Source of the DNA: a virus
Virus record (IMG/VR): IMGVR_UViG_3300025141_000063
Location: 1 to 64,000 of that record
Strand: one strand, 5' to 3'
DNA length: 64,000 nucleotides
In this document: piece by piece, positions 16,221 to 25,550 of the stretch
How positions within the stretch are numbered: the first letter of the stretch is position 1
Layout of the letters: each line of letters opens with the position of its first letter
Translations under genes and position numbers: made by a program
Notes under the pieces: generated by a model
What the model saw: the letters and a program-made list of their open reading frames with translations, nothing else
The model's database searches: none
What the model was told of the DNA's origin: nothing

Positions 16221-19200
16221 AGGGCTTCTTCTTCGTGCCCTTGCCGAACTCCGTGCCCCTGACAAGGCCGGGGATGGGACTGGTCCCGTGCAGGTCAGAC
16301 TTCCAGCCCTGCGCGCCGCCTTCCATGAAGGTCTTCTTCAGCTCGCGGTAGTTGAGGCGGGACATCCAGTCCTCGGAGCCCGCCATGGACACCTCCTGGA
16401 CACCCTTGAGGATCGGGGTGATCTCTGCCTTCTGCCCCCCGCCCTTGCCGATGTCCCTGTTCGCCCGCTGCAGCTTCGTGGTCGACACGACGTCGCCCCG
16501 AAGGAAGCCGGAGTCGCCGGGCTGCCGGACCGAGGAGAGGTTGGTGAGGGTGCGGACCACGGTCTCCATGTTCCTCTTCTTCACCCTGCCACCGTAGGCG
16601 CCGTGCATCTCGTCGGTGAGGTAGCCCTTGACGCTCTCGATGCCTGCCACTTCGAGCAGGTGGTGCGGGTTGACGGGCCCGGAGGATAGCGCCTCGCCCA
16701 GGCCGACGGGGATCATCATCTTCCCGCGCAGCCCCTCCATCACCTTGGCGGTGGGCTTGTTGCGGGCGGGGATGTAGTGGTCCTTCGGCTCCGGGTGGTA
16801 CTTGCCGAACCGGTCCTTACCCCTGATGTAGACACGCCAGCCGCCGGCAGGGTCTGCGGATGTCCGCATGATCTCCCCCTTGTACGAGGAGATGGTGGCC
16901 TGGCCAGGTACCTTCTTTGTCAGGTGCAGCAGCTGCCCCAGCCGGGTGAAGGAGTCCGTGCGGTTCGTCTCGCCCTTGCTCACGACGCCGCCGGTGTGGA
17001 AGGCGTTCATCGAGAGCTGGGTCGCGGGCTCCCCGATGGCCTGGGATGCCCAGATGCCGACGTTCGACCCCATGGAGGGCTTCTTCCCGGCCTCGGTCAC
17101 GCCGTAGCACATGGCGCAGATGCCCTCGGACTGCTCGCACTTCAACGGGGAGCGCACCAGGACCATCTCGACGCCGGAGTTCTTGATGCGCGTCAGCACC
17201 TCGGCGGTCAGCAGGGTCTTCGAGGGGACGTCCCCTCGCTTCAGCTTCACGGGGGCGGCGGCATACCTGTCGTGGATCTCCGGGTCACCAGTGGACATCA
17301 GCACGCCCTGCGTCGTCCCGCAGTCCTGTGACGTGATGATCTGGTTCATGGTGGCGCTGACCAGGTCCTTGGTCAGCTCGCCCGGTGCCTGGGTGCCCTT
17401 GACCTTGCCGAGGGTGCCCATGCGAGCGCCTGACAGGGACGCCCAGTACTCCGCCGCGCTGAGCCCCTCGGAGTAGCTCTTCTTGATGGGGATGGGGACC
17501 GCAGACCCGTTGGGGTCTGTGACGAGCACGGGGGCCAGGGTGAGCTGCTTGAACTGGTCCCAGTTGCCACGAGCTCCCGACTCCACCATCTCGTACATGC
17601 GGTTGCCGGAGCCCTTCATCTTCGCCTGACCCTCGACGTTGATGTCCTCGAGGGCAGTCATGTACGCCTCGACCACCGACTCGTCGCGGCTCTTCCCGCC
17701 CTTCTGCAGCGCCAGCGCCTTCTTGTCCGCCTTGGCGAAGTGCTTGTCGCGTATCTCGGGGCGGGACAGGACGTCCTGCAGACTGAAGGAGAAGCCGGTG
17801 TCGTAGGTGTACTTGTTGCCGAGCTGGTTCAGCTTGTTGACCGTGACCGAGAAGCCCTTCGGGTCTCGCTTCGCCATCTTGGTGAGCAGCTTCTCCACCT
17901 CCCGGCTCTTCAGCACCAGCGTCTTGTCCGTGAGGACCTTCTGCCGCTCCAAGGAACTCGAGGGGAAGCAGTTGGAGAGCATCAGCCGGCCCACCGTGGT
18001 CTGAACCATCCCGGCCTGCTTGACCAGTGAGGGCTCGGGCAGGTAGCTCGCCACGCCCTTGGGCAGCCGCCAGGAGCTGGCAGTCTTGGTGATCTGCGAA
18101 GAGCCGACGGTGATCACGTCCGAGATGCCCAGCTTGCCCTTCTTGTACGCCTTCATCGCCTCGTCGGCGGTGCCGAAGGAGCGCTTGCTGTCCTTGCCCC
18201 ACTTGCTCAGTTGGTACAGCCCGAGCTGTGCCTCCTGCCCGGGCAGGTTCATCAGGCCACCGGACGACGCGCTGAACAGGTTGTTCGAGGGCACCATCCC
18301 TCGCGCTTCCTCGATGGCTTCCTCTGTCAGGGGGACGTAGACCGAGGTGGTGTCGCCGTCGAAGTCTGCGTTGAACCCGGAGACCACGAGCGGATGGATC
18401 TGGATCGCTTTGCCCTTCACCAGCTTCGGGTTGAACGCCATGATGCTGTGCTTGTGCAGGACGGGGTCGCGCTTCATCATCACCGGCCGCTTCTTGACGA
18501 CCTCCTCCAGCGCACGGACTGCGACCGGGTCGTTCTTCTTCACCGCCAGCTGCGCCTGCAGAGGGGAGTAGCCGAAGACCTGCACCAGCTCTCGCACGAT
18601 GAAGGGCTTGTACATCTGCATCGCGGCCTTGCTGGGCAGCCCCACCTCGTCCAGGTCCATCGACTGCTCGGGGATGATCGTGGACCGCATGGACAGGTCC
18701 ATCTTGCGGCCGATCATCTTGCTCTGGAAGTAGCCGGACTTGGGCTGGGATCCCTTGACCGTCTCGAGCACACCGCGGTAGTGCCTGCCCTGGTACTTCT
18801 GCCCGTCCATGGTCAGCGCCTTGAGCCCGTCGTAGAGCTCCTTGTAGAGCGGCACCTTCTGGCTGGGCGGCAGACCTGTGTCGAAGTCCTTGAGCTTCTG
18901 GTTGGTGAGGGAGAGGCCGCGGTAGAGCTGGTTCACATCCGCCGACGTCGTGGCTCCGCTGTCCAGCACGGAGACCGGCCGGAACTTCGGAGGCATGATC
19001 GGAATGTGCTTCCGCATGTAGGCCTCGTCCGGAGACATCCCCGTCTCCTTGAGGGCCTGGAGGTAGCGGACGCGCCGGCGCAGCTTGCTGAGCTTGTACT
19101 TCCGGGCTCCCTTCAACTCCTGCAGCGTCTTCGTCAGCTCCTTGTCGATGTCGATCTTCTTCAGGGCGTCCTGGATCGCCTCGGTGCCTGTGCCTGTGCC

Positions 19201-22200
19201 GATTGTCTTCTCGTGCCCGATGACCTGCTCCATCTCGCCCCGCTTGAGGTCGAGCAGGGAGGAGATGGCGGTCTCGAACATCGGGTTGGGCAGGGCGACG
19301 TCCAGGGTCATGTGTCCCCAGGACTGCTGCGCTGCGTGCTCGGGGTGGAGCGAGCCGAAGATCTTCTCGTCGAAGATGCCGCCCTTCTCCGCCTTCATGT
19401 CCTTGCCTCGGAACATGCGGCCGGGGTCGGTGACGCCCCCGTTGCTCAGCTTCAACACGTCCTTGTCCACGAGGGGCTTGAGGTGGAGCTGGTTGCCCCG
19501 CTTCTCCGTGTCGAGGCCCATCGTCTTCAGGTAGCCCTCGAACTTCTCGTAGGTGAACGGGATCTTGGGAGGGGGCAGCGCCTGTCCGGAGTGGAGGGCG
19601 TTCCACATGTCGGGGTTGTAGTCCGACTTGAGGGTGAACATCTCCCGCAGGTTGTGGCGGGCTCCGTGAGCCAGCATGGCGTACACACCCAGGCCGCCCA
19701 GGGCCTGTGCGCTGGAGCCGCCGCCGCCCTTGGGGGACATGTCCAGGCTGTAGGGAGACCCGGTGCCACCGGCGCGGGCGGTCATCTTCTTGGCGACCTT
19801 GTGCTTGAGCTTGAGGATGTACTGGTTCCCCACCAGCACCTCGCCCATCGCCTTGCCCGTGGTCGGGTCGAAGAGGGTCTCGTTGTCGGACAGGCCGTGC
19901 TCCTTCAGCTCTCGCTGAATCTCCCGGCCGTAGTCCGCCTTCCCCTCCTGGGGGAAGTTGTCCACGAGGTAGGGCTTGCCCGTCTTCTCTGAGATCTTCC
20001 CGGCCAAGGTCTCCAGCACCTGGCCGACGTTGATGCGGGAGGGGACGCCGTGGGGGTTCAGGGCGACATGGATCTGCCGACCGTCCTTGGTGGCGGGCAT
20101 CTCCTTATCCTGCATGACGCGGGAGATGATTCCCTTGTTGCCGTGCCGGCCGACCAACTTGTCGCCGACCTGCGCCGGCTCCTCCGTCTTGATGTGGACC
20201 TCGATCTTCTTCTGGGTCTTGATCACCCGGACGACCCTGCCCTTGTAGCCCTTGTCCCAGAGCACCGCGCGGTTGGCGTAGTCCTGCACCTTCGAGCGCT
20301 TCAGCGCCTGGTAGGCCGCGGCCTCCGACCCGATCTCTCGGAGCTGCAGCTTGGCGATGAGCAGGTCGCCCTCCTCCACCAGCTCGCCGTCCTTGATGAC
20401 CCCAGAGGGGTCCAGCTTCGCGGTCTGTGCCGTGGTCACTGTCCCGGGGGAGACATGCGCCAAGTACTTGTCGCGGCTCATCACCGAGTTGCGGTCGAGC
20501 GACGCGTCCACCCGGTACATGTGGAGGCTGGTCAGCATCGTGGAGGCGGTCTGGGAGATGACCACCCCGTCCTCGTAGTTGTAGCCCTTGAAGGGGACGT
20601 AGCCGACCCGAAGGTTCTTGCCGATGGCGAAGGTGCCCTTGTCGGTGAAGTTGGTGTCCGCCAGGAGCTGTCCCCGCTTCACCCTGTCGCCCACCTTCAC
20701 GCGCATGTGCGCCTCGATGTAGGCCTCGTCCTGGTTGAGGGGGAAGTCCTTGTAGACCTGGACCGTGTGGTTGTCCCCGTCGGGATCCTGGATGGTCACA
20801 GCGTCCTTCACGATCTGCACCACCTTCCCGTCGACCGGGGCCTGGTGGGAGTTGAAGGACCCCATGATGTTCTCGAAGGTAGTCCCCGACTCCGTCGCTG
20901 TCTGGACCATCGGGGCTTCCCGATGCTTCAGGGAGACCGCCTGTTCCTGCTGCCGGGAGGCAGTCATGGTCCGGTTGCCCTGGTTGTTGTGCAGGAAGGG
21001 GATCAGGTTCGTGGGCAGGGAGTACATCGCCTTGGACGAGAGCATCACGTGCGTGACCTCGTTCCACGGGCGCATCATCACCTCGTTGCCCGTGCCGGCG
21101 ACCGCCACGTTCTTCGGGTCCTTCGGCAGCGGCATCTCCCCGGACCACTTCACCTGGTCAGCGAAAGCGATGATGTAGTTCTGGAAGTCCTGCGGCTTGA
21201 CCTTCTCAATCGACTTGGTCTTCTTGTTGTACAGCTGCACCAGCAGCCCCAGCCCCTTCTTCTCCACGCCGATGGGGAGCTGCAGGGTGATGCCTGTCTT
21301 CGCTCCTTCAGGGGTGGTGATGGGGTCCAGGTAGGTGAGGTGGCTGTCGTTGATCCGCAGGGCTTCCTTCGGCACCTTCTGCGGGTCGGAGATGGCGCCG
21401 GGCCCCATGATCGTGGTTCGCATCTGCCCGGACACGAACTCCAGGGGGTTCGTCTGGTTGGGGAGCTGCGCCAGCGACGTGGAGAAGAAGGAGTTCAGGG
21501 GCTTGCCGAAGACCGCGGGGTTCACGATCTCTCGGACCTTCATCTTCTGTCCGTCGAGCCCCTGCCTCAGGCGGCGCCCGATCTCCCCGCGGGAACGGTG
21601 CAGCCGGTCAGCGAGGTGGTCCTCGGTGGACAGGATGTCCTTGAAGGCCAGAGACTCTCGGTCGTCCGGCTTGATGTCCCCTCGTGCCAGGCCGAGCAGC
21701 TTCTTCGAGGAGGTCAGCATCGCCTCCCCGTTGACCACGTTGAAGGACTTGCCCAGCGTGAGCTTGGTGCTGTCCTCCCGGAGCTCCGCGGCAGCCATGG
21801 TCTCCCGGACCGCGGTGCGCGCCTCGTCGAGGTCCTTGGCCACGTGGCCCGTCGTCCTCTTCAGCACCTTGTTCAGGGACTGGAGCTGCTTCTTGTCGTC
21901 CCCGAACTTGCTCACCGAGGCGTCGTAGATGTCCTTGCCCCACGCCTTCTTGATCTTGTCGTCGGACTCCCCCATCGCACGGAGCACGGGGTACAGGCCG
22001 ATGTTCTCCATCGTCCCGAACTTCAGGGTGAAGACCCGCTCCTTGGGGTTGAAGAAGGACCAGAAGCGGTCGGCCTTGGCGCCGTCCCACTTGTTGATGT
22101 TCCACTGGGTGACCAGGCGTCCGGCCTCGTCCTCCCGGTGGTAGACGCCCGACTTCAGGCGGAACTGGTTGTCGACCTGCCGCTCCTTGCCGTCGACGAT

Positions 22201-22503
22201 GTACGAGTAGCGGCGGGTGATCTTGGGGACGCGGGCGACGGTGATCGTCGAGCGGTCCAGGACATCGCCAGTGGCCTTGTCGATCAGGGAGACTCTGGCC
22301 TTGACGGGGACTGCCCAGGTCCCGCCCTGCAGCTTCGCGTGCTGTTGGGATCTGATGTCGTCGAGCTCTAGGTTGTCGTCGACCCAGACCTTGTCCATCT
22401 CGAGCCGTCGGTTCTGCCCCTCGAATGGGAAGTGGTCCCCCACGGCTTTCGCCACGCGGGTCTTCATGATCTCGAAGGCACCTTCTGGGTCAAGCTGGGC
22501 CAT
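16210..22503 (-). CDS. rpoBC: single-chain DNA-directed RNA polymerase, fused beta and beta' subunits (2097 aa)
   Basis: beta motifs TPEG, GYNYEDG, GDKLVGRHGNKG, NPHGVPSRINVGQ, LKLKH; beta' motifs KRDPVLH, NADFDGD (18352-18372), TTVGR, SGARG, bridge helix, CEQSEGICAMC, AIGEPATQLSM. Confidence 0.95.
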   Translation of the reverse strand: MAQLDPEGAFEIMKTRVAKAVGDHFPFEGQNRRLEMDKVWVDDNLELDDIRSQQHAKLQGGTWAVPVKARVSLIDKATGDVLDRSTITVARVPKITRRYSYIVDGKERQVDNQFRLKSGVYHREDEAGRLVTQWNINKWDGAKADRFWSFFNPKERVFTLKFGTMENIGLYPVLRAMGESDDKIKKAWGKDIYDASVSKFGDDKKQLQSLNKVLKRTTGHVAKDLDEARTAVRETMAAAELREDSTKLTLGKSFNVVNGEAMLTSSKKLLGLARGDIKPDDRESLAFKDILSTEDHLADRLHRSRGEIGRRLRQGLDGQKMKVREIVNPAVFGKPLNSFFSTSLAQLPNQTNPLEFVSGQMRTTIMGPGAISDPQKVPKEALRINDSHLTYLDPITTPEGAKTGITLQLPIGVEKKGLGLLVQLYNKKTKSIEKVKPQDFQNYIIAFADQVKWSGEMPLPKDPKNVAVAGTGNEVMMRPWNEVTHVMLSSKAMYSLPTNLIPFLHNNQGNRTMTASRQQEQAVSLKHREAPMVQTATESGTTFENIMGSFNSHQAPVDGKVVQIVKDAVTIQDPDGDNHTVQVYKDFPLNQDEAYIEAHMRVKVGDRVKRGQLLADTNFTDKGTFAIGKNLRVGYVPFKGYNYEDGVVISQTASTMLTSLHMYRVDASLDRNSVMSRDKYLAHVSPGTVTTAQTAKLDPSGVIKDGELVEEGDLLIAKLQLREIGSEAAAYQALKRSKVQDYANRAVLWDKGYKGRVVRVIKTQKKIEVHIKTEEPAQVGDKLVGRHGNKGIISRVMQDKEMPATKDGRQIHVALNPHGVPSRINVGQVLETLAGKISEKTGKPYLVDNFPQEGKADYGREIQRELKEHGLSDNETLFDPTTGKAMGEVLVGNQYILKLKHKVAKKMTARAGGTGSPYSLDMSPKGGGGSSAQALGGLGVYAMLAHGARHNLREMFTLKSDYNPDMWNALHSGQALPPPKIPFTYEKFEGYLKTMGLDTEKRGNQLHLKPLVDKDVLKLSNGGVTDPGRMFRGKDMKAEKGGIFDEKIFGSLHPEHAAQQSWGHMTLDVALPNPMFETAISSLLDLKRGEMEQVIGHEKTIGTGTGTEAIQDALKKIDIDKELTKTLQELKGARKYKLSKLRRRVRYLQALKETGMSPDEAYMRKHIPIMPPKFRPVSVLDSGATTSADVNQLYRGLSLTNQKLKDFDTGLPPSQKVPLYKELYDGLKALTMDGQKYQGRHYRGVLETVKGSQPKSGYFQSKMIGRKMDLSMRSTIIPEQSMDLDEVGLPSKAAMQMYKPFIVRELVQVFGYSPLQAQLAVKKNDPVAVRALEEVVKKRPVMMKRDPVLHKHSIMAFNPKLVKGKAIQIHPLVVSGFNADFDGDTTSVYVPLTEEAIEEARGMVPSNNLFSASSGGLMNLPGQEAQLGLYQLSKWGKDSKRSFGTADEAMKAYKKGKLGISDVITVGSSQITKTASSWRLPKGVASYLPEPSLVKQAGMVQTTVGRLMLSNCFPSSSLERQKVLTDKTLVLKSREVEKLLTKMAKRDPKGFSVTVNKLNQLGNKYTYDTGFSFSLQDVLSRPEIRDKHFAKADKKALALQKGGKSRDESVVEAYMTALEDINVEGQAKMKGSGNRMYEMVESGARGNWDQFKQLTLAPVLVTDPNGSAVPIPIKKSYSEGLSAAEYWASLSGARMGTLGKVKGTQAPGELTKDLVSATMNQIITSQDCGTTQGVLMSTGDPEIHDRYAAAPVKLKRGDVPSKTLLTAEVLTRIKNSGVEMVLVRSPLKCEQSEGICAMCYGVTEAGKKPSMGSNVGIWASQAIGEPATQLSMNAFHTGGVVSKGETNRTDSFTRLGQLLHLTKKVPGQATISSYKGEIMRTSADPAGGWRVYIRGKDRFGKYHPEPKDHYIPARNKPTAKVMEGLRGKMMIPVGLGEALSSGPVNPHHLLEVAGIESVKGYLTDEMHGAYGGRVKKRNMETVVRTLTNLSSVRQPGDSGFLRGDVVSTTKLQRANRDIGKGGGQKAEITPILKGVQEVSMAGSEDWMSRLNYRELKKTFMEGGAQGWKSDLHGTSPIPGLVRGTEFGKGTKKKPYAY

Positions 22504-22528
22504 AGATCCTCAGTTGCAGCGGCGGCTC

Positions 22529-22558
22529 ATGATACGGGACCATCGCAGTACAGCACAA
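22529..22558 (-). promoter_or_regulatory. sigma70-like promoter candidate TTGTGC-N18-TATCAT for the RNAP/structural operon
   Basis: The -10 element ends 25 nt upstream of RNAP ATG 22503; the same geometry recurs at 28019-28048 and 59656-59685. Confidence 0.6.
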
Positions 22559-22573
22559 TCGCGGAGGATGCCA

Positions 22574-22582
22574 CGGCATAAG
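22574..22582 (+). promoter_or_regulatory. CGGCATAAG motif, candidate phage-RNAP promoter element
   Basis: Identical 9-mer at 28069; both precede the first gene of a plus-strand unit. Confidence 0.5.
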
Positions 22583-22624
22583 CAGAGTGTAAGGAACCGC
22601 TAATCACCTCTGCAGGAGATCTGA

Positions 22625-22762
22625 ATGTCCGAAAAGGCCCCCCCGAAGAAGAAGACCGTCAAGGTGGAGAAGCGCGCGTCCACCCGCCGCTTCTCGAACA
22701 ACATGAAGAAGGCAGTGGGCGGGAAGGGCCCCAAGCCCAAGCCCTCCTCGGCGAAGAAGTAG
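22625..22762 (+). CDS. 45-aa Lys-rich basic peptide
   Basis: AGGAG RBS; MSEKAPPKKKTVKVEKRASTRRFSNNMKKAVGGKGPKPKPSSAKK; below the ORF-track cutoff. Confidence 0.7.
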   Translation: MSEKAPPKKKTVKVEKRASTRRFSNNMKKAVGGKGPKPKPSSAKK

Positions 22763-22766
22763 CGAG

Positions 22767-22886
22767 ATGAAGTGGCTGCTGATGGCAGGGCTCTTCTACG
22801 GATTCCTCCTCGGCCTCCACGATTTCATCCTGATCGAGAAGATCAGAGTGATCCGTGCGATGGAGAAAGAGAAGGACGCGGAGTGA
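22767..22886 (+). CDS. 39-aa membrane peptide
   Basis: MKWLLMAGLFYGFLLGLHDFILIEKIRVIRAMEKEKDAE; stop overlaps the next GTG (GTGA). Confidence 0.55.
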   Translation: MKWLLMAGLFYGFLLGLHDFILIEKIRVIRAMEKEKDAE

Positions 22887-23188
22887 GCTACTGCCCCCTA
22901 CTACCGGGGGTGTGCCGGAACGCAGTCGACTGTGGAGGGTGCAGCACGTTTGGCGACGTGCTGCACCCCTACGCAGACTCGCTGTTCTGGGTGTGCCCCC
23001 TCTGCCTTACCCCAAAGAGAACGCCCAGCAGCTACACCCTGCTGGGTCACTACCAGGAGATCGACTGCGACCTCTGCGAGAAGGTCTCGTCCCTGTGCCA
23101 GGCGGCGCTGCCGGAGGACGTGATGCTGCGAACCGACTGGAAGGATCTGTGCCAGCAGATCCGGGAGGACTACGATGGCGATGGATGA
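22883..23188 (+). CDS. Cys-rich hypothetical protein
   Basis: CGGC, CPLC and CDLC pairs; GTG start coupled to the upstream stop. Confidence 0.6.
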   Translation: MSYCPLLPGVCRNAVDCGGCSTFGDVLHPYADSLFWVCPLCLTPKRTPSSYTLLGHYQEIDCDLCEKVSSLCQAALPEDVMLRTDWKDLCQQIREDYDGDG

Positions 23189-23540
23189 CACCTGCGCGTT
23201 CTGCCAAGGGCAGTTCGACTTGAAGGAAACGGATCTCCTCGAAGTCAGTCACGGGATGTGCGACCTAACAGGGGACGGAGAGATTGAGTTCATCCCCGAC
23301 AACATCCCCGAGTACATCCACCTCACCTGTGCCTTGCGGTACTTCAACTCTCAGGAGGAAGACGCCGTCCGGGAGGTGATCCGAGAGGAGATGTTCATGG
23401 ACGGCATGGCCGAGATCAACAACTACCTGGGGGGCATGGAGAAGATGGCCCAGCGAGCGGAAGAAGCGGAGGTGTACGAGCCTCCCGCTCCTGCCCCCCG
23501 GCCTACTCGTACTCGGGGCGGGAGGTGGCGGGGCCGATGA
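23175..23540 (+). CDS. hypothetical Zn-finger protein
   Basis: CAFC...HLTC motif. Confidence 0.6.
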   Translation: MAMDDTCAFCQGQFDLKETDLLEVSHGMCDLTGDGEIEFIPDNIPEYIHLTCALRYFNSQEEDAVREVIREEMFMDGMAEINNYLGGMEKMAQRAEEAEVYEPPAPAPRPTRTRGGRWRGR

Positions 23541-25550
23541 TCAGACGATGGCCCGTCCGGGGTCTCGTCGCGGCGGCTTCTTCGAGGGGAGCGGGGACTG
23601 CTGGGCATCCAGCGGGTCCCGCGTCTCCTTGGTGCCCTGCATGATCTGCAACACTAAGGAGTAGAAGTGCGGTTGCGTCGCCTTCATCTTCTGCATCGTG
23701 GCGTAGGCGTCCGGGGGCTTGGTCTTGAGCTGCTTCCGCAGCTCATTGGCCACCCTCTTCGCCACGTAGTGCACGTCCATCCCTGTCTCGGGGTGCGCCG
23801 TCAGCTGCGACGACGCGTCCCCAGGGATGCCGGTCGTCGGAGAGGAGTTCCCGTTCTCAGGGTAGAGCTTGGCTCCCGCCGGCCCCTCGACCGCGCCGCC
23901 TCCACCTTCCCCGCCTCCGGGCGACGGGAGTTGGGGCTGGTTCGGTTGCGGGCCGGGGGCGCCGCCCACCATGTCCGCTTGGGAGGCCTGCATGTACAGC
24001 TGCATGACCTGCTGCGCCTCACCTTGGCCCACAGCAGCCGCCACCTGCGCCCTGCGCTGGTTCTCAGACTGCGCCCTGGCCTCAGAGCCAAGGAGGATAC
24101 GCTCGTGCTCGTAGTCCTCGTTGAGTTCGCGCAGGAAGGTGTGGTCGGAGACCTTGCCTGCCTGGTTGGCCTGGAAGTAGATCATCGTGCGCTGCAGGTC
24201 GTCCGCCATCTTGAAGCGACGGAACTTCTTGGTGACCTTCGGCCAGCCCAGCCACGCACCAATGGAGTCGAACACCCAGTCCGTGAGGCCCTGGATGTCG
24301 GCGCGGTAGTTGATGAACTCGTTCTCCAGGTTCCGCATGGAGACCTGGGTGCCGGAGTAGCCGAGGCCGCCGAAGATGAACTCCTGCGGCACGTGCATAC
24401 CCGCGACGATGTGCTCGGCCCAGACGCGGTGCTCCTGGTGGAGAATCATCGCTCGGCCCTGGCCGCCCACGACCTGGTGGCCCACGGGGAGGGGGAGGAT
24501 CGGGATGTAGTTCGGGTCTCGCCTCCAGCGCTCGATCTCCTCCTCCATCTGCCCCTTCCACCCCGCCAGCGGCACCGTGGTGTACGGATCGCTGGTGCCG
24601 GAGCCGGGCTGGGGGAAGAGCATGCGGAGCGGGACGATGTGCTCGCGGGCGATGGCCTCCTGCCCCTTCTTGAGGATCTGCAGGTAGTAGGAGTCCTTGA
24701 GCACCGGCAGGATGCGGGACAGGCCCCAGCCCTTGTCGTTGCCGTTGCCCGAGATGGAGGGCCGCCGCATGTGGAAGAGCTGCCCCGGCGCGAAGCGGAG
24801 GCCCATCTTCTTCTGGGCCGCCTCGACGAAGACGTTCGGGACGTCCTCCTGGATGTGGTTCCTACCGATCACCAGTTGGCTCCGCGTGCGCGGGCTCATC
24901 TGGTAGTAGTAGCGGCAGGAGCCCGTCTCCTCGTTCACGTCGATGGAGATGCGCTCGGGGTCCCAACGGACCAGCCCCAGCTTGTAGGGGCTCCTCTGCC
25001 ACACGTCGATCGGCTTGGCGTTGCCGATGCGTCGGCAGCTCGGGCAGGTGAGCCGGTACTTGAGCTCGCGCCACTTGTAGTGGGGCCTCAACTTCTTCGC
25101 CGGCTTCATCACCTTGCAGTGGTTGCACTGCAGGAACTTCACGAAGGGGTAGTTGATCGAGGTGAAGCTGTTGCCGTAACATTGATAGTCTAGGCCCGTC
25201 TCCACCTGGAAGCTGCGGAACTTCAGGACCTGGTCCTTCAGGTACTTGTACTTGCCTGCCACCGCGGCGTGTGGGCTCTCGAACACGAGGTCCGTGATCG
25301 GGTACGACGCCATCTTGTAGACGACGGCGTTCACCAGCGGGTTGGTGAAGAAGTAGTACCGGCACCAGCGGAAGAGCTTCTTCTGCGAGGAGGGCAGGTA
25401 GGTGTGGGCGCCATCGAAGAAGGGGCTCGGGTAGGGAACGCCCGCTCGACCCGACGCACCGAAGAACCCGCTGCGCAGGTTTGCGAAGCCGCTTCCTCCG
25501 GTGGACGTCAGCCCGTACTGGGGCAGCCCAAAGTCGAAACCCTCAGCCAT
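23541..25550 (-). CDS. portal protein (669 aa) with Zn-ribbon insert and Pro/Gly-rich C-terminal tail
   Basis: Portal-like segments CRYYFFTNPLVNAVVYKMASYP, YQCYGNSF, WGLSRILPVL...EAIAREH, IVAGMHVPQEFIFGG; structural context. Confidence 0.75.
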   Translation of the reverse strand: MAEGFDFGLPQYGLTSTGGSGFANLRSGFFGASGRAGVPYPSPFFDGAHTYLPSSQKKLFRWCRYYFFTNPLVNAVVYKMASYPITDLVFESPHAAVAGKYKYLKDQVLKFRSFQVETGLDYQCYGNSFTSINYPFVKFLQCNHCKVMKPAKKLRPHYKWRELKYRLTCPSCRRIGNAKPIDVWQRSPYKLGLVRWDPERISIDVNEETGSCRYYYQMSPRTRSQLVIGRNHIQEDVPNVFVEAAQKKMGLRFAPGQLFHMRRPSISGNGNDKGWGLSRILPVLKDSYYLQILKKGQEAIAREHIVPLRMLFPQPGSGTSDPYTTVPLAGWKGQMEEEIERWRRDPNYIPILPLPVGHQVVGGQGRAMILHQEHRVWAEHIVAGMHVPQEFIFGGLGYSGTQVSMRNLENEFINYRADIQGLTDWVFDSIGAWLGWPKVTKKFRRFKMADDLQRTMIYFQANQAGKVSDHTFLRELNEDYEHERILLGSEARAQSENQRRAQVAAAVGQGEAQQVMQLYMQASQADMVGGAPGPQPNQPQLPSPGGGEGGGGAVEGPAGAKLYPENGNSSPTTGIPGDASSQLTAHPETGMDVHYVAKRVANELRKQLKTKPPDAYATMQKMKATQPHFYSLVLQIMQGTKETRDPLDAQQSPLPSKKPPRRDPGRAIV

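Noticed and set aside
16221-16265. ORF-track upstream starts (16265, 10090, 3686, 28854, 40363, 41624, 43049)
   Set aside because: They extend into neighbouring genes; downstream starts with an RBS or stop/start coupling fit better.
16210-22503. RNAP gene as a host chromosomal rpoBC locus
   Set aside because: No ribosomal-protein neighbours, strongly reduced and divergent, and embedded among phage structural genes.
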